From Bugula neritina (lineage: Eukaryota; Animalia; Bryozoa), in the NCBI GenBank assembly GCA_964035545.1, contig OZ037766.1, forward strand, positions 18,563,081-18,627,080: a DNA stretch of 64,000 nt, in the 5' to 3' direction. Below the pieces are notes generated by a model. The model saw only the letters and a list, made by a program, of their open reading frames with translations. It made no database searches and had not been told where the DNA came from. Positions 1 to 11,270 of the stretch are shown in pieces; the first letter of the stretch is position 1; each line of letters begins with the position of its first letter. A program made the position numbers and the translations under genes.

Positions 1-3000
1 ATGTTACAGTGTATTTCAGTATGTTGCAGAATATTTCAGTATGTTACAATAAATTTCAGTATGTTACAGTATATTTCCGTAAATTACTCTATACTTCAGT
101 GAGTTGTAGTATATTTCAGTATCTTGCAGTATATCTCAGTATGTTAGAGTATATTTCAGTATGTTACAGTATTATTCAGTTTGTTACAGTAAATTTCAGT
201 ATGTTACAGTGCATTTGCAGATATTACACTATACTTCAGTGAGTTTTAGTGTCTTTCAGTATGTTGCAGTATATTTCGGTATCTTGCAACTTATTTCAAT
301 GTGTTGCAATGTAATTCAATATGTTACAGTGTATTTCAGTATATTACAGAATATTTCAGTATGTTACAGTATATTTCAGTTTGTTACAGTAAATTTCAGT
401 ATGATACAGTGCATTTGCAGATATTACACTATACTTCAGTGAGTTTTAGTGTCTTTCATTATGTTGCAGTATATTTCAGTATGTTGCAGTATTTTGCAAT
501 ACATTTTATTATGTTACAGTGTATTTCAGTATGTTGCAGTATATTTCAGTTTGATACAATAAATTTCAGTATGTTACAGTACATTTCCGTAAATTACACT
601 ATACTTCAGTGAGTTGTAGTATATTTCAGTATCTTGCAGTATATCTCAGTATGTTACAGTATATTTCAGCATGTTGCAGTATATTTCAGCGTGTTTGAGT
701 TTATTTCAGTATGACACAGTGCATTTCTAGATATTACGCTATACTTCAGTGAGTTTTAGTGTCTTTCAGTATGTTGCAGTATATTTCGGGATTTTGCAAC
801 ATATTTCAATATGTTGCAATGTATTTCAATATGTTACAGTGTATTTCAGTATGTTGCAGTATGTTGCAATGTATTTCAGTATGTTACAGTGTATTTCAGT
901 AGGTTTCAGTATCTTGCAGTATATTTCAGCATGTTGCAGTATATTTCAGGATGTTGCAGTATATTTCAGTATGTTACTGTGTTTTGCAGTATTTTGCAGT
1001 ATATTTCAGTGTGTTACAGTATATTTCATTATGTTGCAGTATGTTGCAGTATATTTCAGTAGTTTGCAACATATTTCAGCAGGTTACCATATATTTCGGT
1101 ATGTTGCAGCATATTTCAAGGTGTTGCAGTGTATTTCAATATGTTACAGTGTATTTCAGTATGTTGCAGTATGTTCCAGTATGCTGCAGTGTATTTCTGT
1201 ATGTTACAGTGTATTTAAGTATGTTGCAGTACATTTCAGTATGTTACAGTATATTTCAGTATGTTGCAGTATATTTCAGTGGGTTATAGCATATTTCAGT
1301 ATGATACAGCGTATTTCAGTATGTTACAGTGTACTTCAATATGTTGCAGTATTTTGCAATATATTTCAGTATGTTACAGTGTATTTCAGTATGTTCCAGT
1401 ATATTTCAGTATGTTACAATAAATTTCAGTATGTTACAGTACATTTCCGTAAGTTACACTATACTTCAGGTAGTTGTAGTATATTACAGTATCCTGCAGT
1501 ATATCTCAGTATGTTACAGCATATTTCATTGTGTTGCAGTGTATTTCAATATGTTACAGTGTATTTCAGTATGTTGCAGTATGTTGCAGTATGCTGCAGT
1601 ATGTTGCAGTGTATTTCTGTATTTTACAGTGTATTTCAGTATGTTGCAGTATATTTCAGCATGTTACAGTATATTTCAGTATGTTGCAGTATATTTCAGT
1701 GGGTTATAGTATATTTCAGTATGCTACAGCGTATTTCGGTATGTTACAGTGTATGTCAGTATGTTGCAGTATTTTCCAATGTATTTCAGTATGTTACAGT
1801 GTATTTCAGTATGTTGCAGTATAATTCAGTATGTTACAATAAATTTCAGTATGTTACAGTACATTTCCGTAAATTACACTATACTTCAGTGAGTTGTAGT
1901 ATATTTCAGTATCTTGCAGTATATCTCAGTATGTTACAGTATATTTCAGTATCTTACAGTACATTTCCGTAAATTACACTACACTTCAGTGAGTTGTAGT
2001 ATATTTCAGTATCTTGCAGTATATCTCAGTATGTTACAGTATATTTCAGTACGTTACAGTATATTTCAGTGTGTTACAGTAAATTTCAGTATGTTACAGT
2101 GCATTTGCAGATATTACACTATACTTTAGTGAGTTTTAGTGTCTTTCAGTATCTTGCAGTATATTTCAGTATGTTGCAATATTTTGCAATATATTTTAGT
2201 ATGTTACAGTGTATTTCAGTACGTTGCAGTATATTTCAGTATGATACAATAAATTTCAGTGTGTTACAGTACATTTCTGCAAATTACACTATACTTCAGT
2301 GAGTTGTAGTATATTTCAGTATCTTGCAGTATATCTCAGTATGTTACAGTTGATTTCAGTATGTTCCAGTATATTTCAGCGTGTTTCAGTATATTTCAGT
2401 ATGCCACAGTGCATTTTCAGATTTTTCACTATACTTCAGTGAGTTTTAGTGTCTTTCAGTATGTTGCAGTATATTTCGGTATCTTGCAACTTATTTCGAT
2501 GTGTTGCAATGTAATTCAATATGTTACAGTGTATTTCAGTATGTTGCAGTATGTTGCAGTGTATTTCAGTATGTTACAGTGTATTTCAGTAGGTTTCAGT
2601 ATCTTGCAGTATATTTCAGTATGTTGCAGTATATTTCAGTGGGTTACAGTATATTCCAGTATGTTCCAGTATGTTGCAGTATATTTCAGGATGTTGCAGT
2701 GTATTTCATTATGTTACAGTGTATATCAGTGGTTTGCAACATATTTCAGTAGGTTACCATATATTTCGGTATGTTGCAGCATATTTCAATGTGTTGCAGT
2801 GTATTTCAATATGTTACAGTGTATTTCAGTATGTTGCAGTATGTTGCAGTGTATTTCTGTATGTTACGGCGTAGTTCAGTATGTTGCAGTATATTTCAGT
2901 ATCTTACAGTATGTTTCAGTATGTTGCAGTATATTTCCGTGGGTTATAGTATATTCCAGTATGATACAGCATATTTCAGTATGTTACAGTGTATTTCAGT

Positions 3001-6000
3001 ATGTTGCAGTATTTTGCAATGCATTTCAGTATGTTACAGTGTATTTCAGTATGTTGCAGTATATTTCAGTATTTTACAATAAATTTCAGTATATTACAGT
3101 ACATTTCCGTAAATTACGCTATACTTCAGTGAGTTGTAGTATATTTCAGTATCATGCAGTATATCTCAGTATGTTACAGTATATTTCAGTATGTTACAGT
3201 ATGTTTCAGTGTGTTACAGTATGTTGCAGTATATTTCAGTAGTTTGCAACATATTTCAGTAGGTTACCATATATTTCGGTATGTTGCAGCATATTTCAAT
3301 GTGTTGCAGTGTATTTCAATATGTTACAGTGTATTTCAGTATGTTGCCGTATGTTGCAGTATGATGCAGCATGTTGCAGTGTATTTCTGTATGTTACAGT
3401 GTAATTCGGAATGTTGCAGTATATTTCAGTATGTTACAGTATGTTTCAGTATGTTGCAGTATATTTCAGTGGGTTATAGTATATTTCAGTATGTTACAGC
3501 GTATTTCAGTATGTTGCAGTATATTTCAGTATGTTACAATAAATTTCAGTATGTTACAGTACATTGCCGTAAATTACACTATACTTCAGTGAGTTGTAGT
3601 ATATTTCAGTATCTTGCAGTATATCTCAGTATGTTACTGTATATTTCAGTATGTTACAGTATATTTCAGTGTGTTACAGTAAATTTCAGTATGTTACAGT
3701 GCATTTGCAGATATTACACTATACTTTAGTGAGTTTTAGTGTCTTTCAGTATGTTGCAGTATATTTCAGTATGTTGCAGTATGTTGCAATATGTATCAGT
3801 ATGTTACAGTGTATTTCAGTATGTTGCAGTATATTTCAGTATGTTACAATAAATTTCAGTATGTTACAGTATATTTCCGTAAATTACTCTATACTTCAGT
3901 GAGTTGTAGTATATTTCAGTATCTTGCAGTATATCTCAGTATGTTAGAGTATATTTCAGTATGTTACAGTATTATTCAGTTTGTTACAGTAAATTTCAGT
4001 ATGTTACAGTGCATTTGCAGATATTACACTATACTTCAGTGAGTTTTAGTGTCTTTCAGTATGTTGCAGTATATTTCGGTATCTTGCAACTTATTTCAAT
4101 GTGTTGCAATGTAATTCAATATGTTACAGTGTATTTCAGTATGTTACAGTATATTTCAGTATGTTACAGTATATTTCAGTTTGTTACAGTAAATTTCAGT
4201 ATGATACAGTGCATTTGCAGATATTACACTATACTTCAGTGAGTTTTAGTGTCTTTCATTATGTTGCAGTATATTTCAGTATGTTGCAGTATTTTGCAAT
4301 ACATTTTATTATGTTACAGTGTATTTCAGTATGTTGCAGTATATTTCAGTTTGATACAATAAATTTCAGTATGTTACAGTACATTTCCGTAAATTACACT
4401 ATACTTCAGTGAGTTGTAGTATATTTCAGTATCTTGCAGTATATCTCAGTATGTTACAGTATATTTCAGTATGTTGCAGTATATTTCAGCGTGTTTGAGT
4501 ATATTTCAGTATGACACAGTGCATTTCCAGATATTACGCTATACTTCAGTGAGTTTTAGTGTCTTTCAGTATGTTGCAGTATATTTCGGTATTTTGCAAC
4601 ATATTTCAATATGTTGCAATGTATTTCAGTATGTTGCAGTATGTTGCAATGTATTTCAGTATGTTACAGTGTATTTCAGTAGGTTTCAGTATCTTGCAGT
4701 ATATTTCAGCATGTTGCAGTATATTTCAGGATGTTGCAGTATATTTCAGTATGTTACTGTGTTTTGCAGTATTTTGCAGTATATTTCAGTGTGTTACAGT
4801 ATATTTCATTATGTTGCAGTATGTTGCAGTATATTTCAGTAGTTTGCAACATATTTCAGCAGGTTACCATATATTTCGGTATGTTGCAGCATATTTCAAG
4901 GTGTTGCAGTGTATTTCAATATGTTACAGTGTATTTCAGTATGTTGCAGTGTGTTCCATTATGCTGCAGTGTATTTCTGTATGTTACAGTGTATTTAAGT
5001 ATGTTGCAGTACATTTCAGTATGTTACAGTATATTTCAGTATGTTGCAGTATATTTCAGTGGGTTATAGCATATTTCAGTATGATACAGCGTATTTCAGT
5101 ATGTTACAGTGTACTTCAGTATGTTGCAGTATTTTGCAATATATTTCAGTATGTTACAGTGTATTTCAGTATGTTCCAGTATATTTCAGTATGTTACAAT
5201 AAATTTCAGTATGTTACAGTACATTTCCGTAAGTTACACTATACTTCAGGTAGTTGTAGTATATTTCAGTATCCTGCAGTATATCTCAGTATGTTACAGC
5301 ATATTTCATTGTGTTGCAGTGTATTTCAATATGTTACAGTGTATTTCAGTATGTTGCAGTATGTTGCAGTATGCTGCAGTATGTTGCAGTGTATTTCTGT
5401 ATTTTACAGTGTATTTCAGTATGTTGCAGTATATTTCAGCATGTTACAGTATATTTCAGTATGTTGCAGTATATTTCAGTGGGTTATAGTATATTTCAGT
5501 ATGATACAGCGTATTTCGGTATGTTACAGTGTATGTCAGTATGTTGCAGTATTTTCCAATGTATTTCAGTATGTTACAGTGTATTTCAGTATGTTGCAGT
5601 ATAATTCAGTATGTTACAATAAATTTCAGTATGTTACAGTACATTTCCGTAAATTACACTATACTTCAGTGAGTTGTAGTATATTTCAGTATCTTGCAGT
5701 GTATCTCAGTATGTTACAGTATATTTCAGTATCTTACAGTACATTTCCGTAAATTACACTACACTTCAGTGAGTTGTAGTATATTTCAGTATCTTGCAGT
5801 ATATCTCAGTATGTTACTGTATATTTCAGTATGTTACAGTATGTTTCAGTGTGTTACAGTATGTTGCAGTATATTTCAGTAGTTTGCAACATATTTCAGT
5901 AGGTTACCATATATTTCGGTATGTTGCAGCATATTTCAATGTGTTGCAGTGTATTTCAATATGTTACAGTGTATTTCAGTATGTTGCAGTATGTTGCAGT

Positions 6001-9000
6001 ATGATGCAGCATGTTGCAGTGTATTTCTGTATGTTACAGTATGTTTCAGTATGTTGCAGTATATTTCAGTGGGTTATAGCATATTTCAGTATGATACAGC
6101 GTATTTCAGTATGTTACAGTGTATTTCAGTATGTTGCAGTATTTTGCAATATATTTCAGTATGTTACAGCGTATTTCAGTATGTTGCAGTATATTTCAGT
6201 ATGTTACAATAAATTTCAGTATGTTACAGTACATTGCCGTAAATTACACTATACTTCAGTGAGTTGTAGTATATTTCAGTATGTTACAGTATATTTCAGT
6301 GTGTTACAGTAAATTTCAGTATGTTACAGTGCATTTGCAGATATTACACTATACTTTAGTGAGTTTTAGTGTCTTTCAGTATGTTGCAGTATATTTCAGT
6401 ATGTTGCAGTATGTTGCAATATGTATCAGTATGTTACAGTGTATTTCAGTATGTTGCAGTATATTTCAGTATGTTACAATAAATTTCAGTATGTTACAGT
6501 ATATTTCCGTAAATTACTCTATACTTCAGTGAGTTGTAGTATATTTCAGTATCTTGCAGTATATCTCAGTATGTTAGAGTATATTTCAGTATGTTACAGT
6601 ATTATTCAGTTTGTTACAGTAAATTTCAGTATGTTACAGTGCATTTGCAGATATTACACTATACTTCAGTGAGTTTTAGTGTCTTTCAGTATGTTGCAGT
6701 ATATTTCGGTATCTTGCAACTTATTTCAATGTGTTGCAATGTAATTCAATATGTTACAGTGTATTTCAGTATGTTACAGTATATTTCAGTATGTTACAGT
6801 ATATTTCAGTTTGTTACAGTAAATTTCAGTATGATACAGTGCATTTGCAGATATTACACTATACTTCAGTGAGTTTTAGTGTCTTTCATTATGTTGCAGT
6901 ATATTTCAGTATGTTGCAGTATTTTGCAATACATTTTATTATGTTACAGTGTATTTCAGTATGTTGCAGTATATTTCAGTTTGATACAATAAATTTCAGT
7001 ATGTTACAGTACATTTCCGTAAATTACACTATACTTCAGTGAGTTGTAGTATATTTCAGTATCTTGCAGTATATCTCAGTATGTTACAGTATATTTCAGT
7101 ATGTTGCAGTATATTTCAGCGTGTTTGAGTATATTTCAGTATGACACAGTGCATTTCCAGATATTACGCTATACTTCAGTGAGTTTTAGTGTCTTTCAGT
7201 ATGTTGCAGTATATTTCGGTATTTTGCAACATATTTCAATATGTTGCAATGTATTTCAGTATGTTGCAGTATGTTGCAATGTATTTCAGTATGTTACAGT
7301 GTATTTCAGTAGGTTTCAGTATCTTGCAGTATATTTCAGCATGTTGCAGTATATTTCAGGATGTTGCAGTATATTTCAGTATATTACTGTGTTTTGCAGT
7401 ATTTTGCAGTATATTTCAGTGTGTTACAGTATATTTCATTATGTTGCAGTATGTTGCAGTATATTTCAGTAGTTTGCAACATATTTCAGCAGGTTACCAT
7501 ATATTTCGGTATGTTGCAGCATATTTCAAGGTGTTGCAGTGTATTTCAATATGTTACAGTGTATTTCAGTATGTTGCAGTGTGTTCCATTATGCTGCAGT
7601 GTATTTCTGTATGTTACAGTGTATTTAAGTATGTTGCAGTACATTTCAGTATGTTACAGTATATTTCAGTATGTTGCAGTATATTTCAGTGGGTTATAGC
7701 ATATTTCAGTATGATACAGCGTATTTCAGTATGTTACAGTGTACTTCAGTATGTTGCAGTATTTTGCAATATATTTCAGTATGTTACAGTGTATTTCAGT
7801 ATGTTCCAGTATATTTCAGTATGTTACAATAAATTTCAGTATGTTACAGTACATTTCCGTAAGTTACACTATACTTCAGGTAGTTGTAGTATATTTCAGT
7901 ATCCTGCAGTATATCTCAGTATGTTACAGCATATTTCATTGTGTTGCAGTGTATTTCAATATGTTACAGTGTATTTCAGTATGTTGCAGTATGTTGCAGT
8001 ATGCTGCAGTATGTTGCAGTGTATTTCTGTATTTTACTGTGTATTTCAGTATGTTGCAGTATATTTCAGCATGTTACAGTATATTTCAGTATGTTGCAGT
8101 ATATTTCAGTGGGTTATAGTATATTTCAGTATGATACAGCGTATTTCGGTATGTTACAGTGTATGTCAGTATGTTGCAGTATTTTCCAATGTATTTCAGT
8201 ATGTTACAGTGTATTTCAGTATGTTGCAGTATAATTCAGTATGTTACAATAAATTTCAGTATGTTACAGTACATTTCCGTAAATTACACTATACTTCAGT
8301 GAGTTGTAGTATATTTCAGTATCTTGCAGTGTATCTCAGTATGTTACAGTATATTTCAGTATCTTACAGTACATTTCCGTAAATTACACTACACTTCAGT
8401 GAGTTGTAGTATATTTCAGTATCTTGCAGTATATCTCAGTATGTTACTGTATATTTCAGTATGTTACAGTATGTTTCAGTGTGTTACAGTATGTTGCAGT
8501 ATATTTCAGTAGTTTGCAACATATTTCAGTAGGTTACCATATATTTCGGTATGTTGCAGCATATTTCAATGTGTTGCAGTGTATTTCAATATGTTACAGT
8601 GTATTTCAGTATGTTGCAGTATGTTGCAGTATGATGCAGCATGTTGCAGTGTATTTCTGTATGTTACAGTATGTTTCAGTATGTTGCAGTATATTTCAGT
8701 AGGTTATAGCATATTTCAGTATGATACAGCGTATTTCAGTATGTTACAGTGTATTTCAGTATGTTGCAGTATTTTGCAATATATTTCAGTATGTTACAGC
8801 GTATTTCAGTATGTTGCAGTATATTTCAGTATGTTACAATAAATTTCAGTATGTTACAGTACATTGCCGTAAATTACACTATACTTCAGTGAGTTGTAGT
8901 ATATTTCAGTATCTTGCAGTATATCTCAGTATGTTACTGTATATTTCAGTATGTTACAGTATATTTCAGTGTGTTACAGTAAATTTCAGTATGTTACAGT

Positions 9001-11270
9001 GCATTTGCAGATATTACACTATACTTTAGTGAGTTTTAGTGTCTTTCAGTATGTTGCAGTATATTTCAGTATGTTGCAGTATGTTGCAATATGTATCAGT
9101 ATGTTACAGTGTATTTCAGTATGTTGCAGTATATTTCAGTATGTTACAATAAATTTCAGTATGTTACAGTATATTTCCGTAAATTACTCTATACTTCAGT
9201 GAGTTGTAGTATATTTAAGTATCTTGCAGTATATCTCAGTATGTTAGAGTATATTTCAGTATGTTACAGTATTATTCAGTTTGTTACAGTAAATTTCAGT
9301 ATGTTACAGTGCATTTGCAGATATTACACTATACTTCAGTGAGTTTTAGTGTCTTTCAGTATGTTGCAGTATATTTCGGTATCTTGCAACTTATTTCAAT
9401 GTGTTGCAATGTAATTCAATATGTTACAGTGTATTTCAGTATATTACAGAATATTTCAGTATGTTACAGTATATTTCAGTTTGTTACAGTAAATTTCAGT
9501 ATGATACAGTGCATTTGCAGATATTACACTATACTTCAGTGAGTTTTAGTGTCTTTCATTATGTTGCAGTATATTTCAGTATGTTGCAGTATTTTGCAAT
9601 ACATTTTATTATGTTACAGTGTATTTCAGTATGTTGCAGTATATTTCAGTTTGATACAATAAATTTCAGTATGTTACAGTACATTTCCGTAAATTACACT
9701 ATACTTCAGTGAGTTGTAGTATATTTCAGTATCTTGCAGTATATCTCAGTATGTTACAGTATATTTCAGCATGTTGCAGTATATTTCAGCGTGTTTGAGT
9801 TTATTTCAGTATGACACAGTGCATTTCTAGATATTACGCTATACTTCAGTGAGTTTTAGTGTCTTTCAGTATGTTGCAGTATATTTCGGTATTTTGCAAC
9901 ATATTTCAATATGTTGCAATGTATTTCAATATGTTACAGTGTATTTCAGTATGTTGCAGTATGTTGCAATGTATTTCAGTATGTTACAGTGTATTTCAGT
10001 AGGTTTCAGTATCTTGCAGTATATTTCAGCATGTTGCAGTATATTTCAGGATGTTGCAGTATATTTCAGTATGTTACTGTGTTTTGCAGTATTTTGCAGT
10101 ATATTTCAGTGTGTTACAGTATATTTCATTATGTTGCAGTATGTTGCAGTATATTTCAGTAGTTTGCAACATATTTCAGCAGGTTACCATATATTTCGGT
10201 ATGTTGCAGCATATTTCAAGGTGTTGCAGTGTATTTCAATATGTTACAGTGTATTTCAGTATGTTGCAGTATGTTCCATTATGCTGCAGTGTATTTCTGT
10301 ATGTTACAGTGTATTTAAGTATGTTGCAGTACATTTCAGTATGTTACAGTATATTTCAGTATATTGCAGTATATTTCAGTGGGTTATAGCATATTTCAGT
10401 ATGATACAGCGTATTTCAGTATGTTACAGTGTACTTCAATATGTTGCAGTATTTTGCAATATATTTCAGTATGTTACAGTGTATTTCAGTATGTTCCAGT
10501 ATATTTCAGTATGTTACAATAAATTTCAGTATGTTACAGTACATTTCCGTAAGTTACACTATACTTCAGGTAGTTGTAGTATATTACAGTATCCTGCAGT
10601 ATATCTCAGTATGTTACAGCATATTTCATTGTGTTGCAGTGTATTTCAATATGTTACAGTGTATTTCAGTATGTTGCAGTATATTGCAGTATGCTGCAGT
10701 ATGTTGCAGTGTATTTCTGTATTTTACAGTGTATTTCAGTATGTTGCAGTATATTTCAGCATGTTACAGTATATTTCAGTATGTTGCAGTATATTTCAGT
10801 GGGTTATAGTATATTTCAGTATGCTACAGCGTATTTCGGTATGTTACAGTGTATGTCAGTATGTTGCAGTATTTTCCAATGTATTTCAGTATGTTACAGT
10901 GTATTTCAGTATGTTGCAGTATAATTCAGTATGTTACAATAAATTTCAGTATGTTACAGTACATTTCCGTAAATTACACTATACTTCAGTGAGTTGTAGT
11001 ATATTTCAGTATCTTGCAGTATATCTCAGTATGTTACAGTATATTTCAGTATCTTACAGTACATTTCCGTAAATTACACTACACTTCAGTGAGTTGTAGT
11101 ATATTTCAGTATCTTGCAGTATATCTCAGTATGTTACAGTATATTTCAGTACGTTACAGTATATTTCAGTGTGTTACAGTAAATTTCAGTATGTTACAGT
11201 GCATTTGCAGATATTACACTATACTTTAGTGAGTTTTAGTGTCTTTCAGTATCTTGCAGTATATTTCAGT
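1..11270 (+). repeat. Dispersed direct duplication, 1-~2170 repeated at 9101-~11270 (offset 9100 bp)
   Basis: Private variants are shared at exactly +9100: ATATTACAGA (341/9441), GCATTTCTAG (721/9821), ATATTACAGT-ATCCTGCAGT (1481/10581) and ACGTTACAGT (2051/11151). The 407-aa pseudo-ORFs start at 749 and 9849. Confidence 0.88.
3641..8910 (+). repeat. Near-perfect tandem duplication, 2 x 2630 bp
   Basis: Shared variants are GTGTTCCATT (4951/7581) and GTATCTCAGT (5701/8331). ORF pairs are 4559/7189 and 3961/6591. By eye I found only three differing monomers (4751/7381, 5401/8031, 6071/8701). Confidence 0.9.

Noticed and set aside
491-500. C/EBP- or ATF4-like sites (ATTTTGCAAT, ATGTTGCAAT)
   Set aside because: These are short mismatched motifs one or two changes from the satellite consensus, with no gene context.
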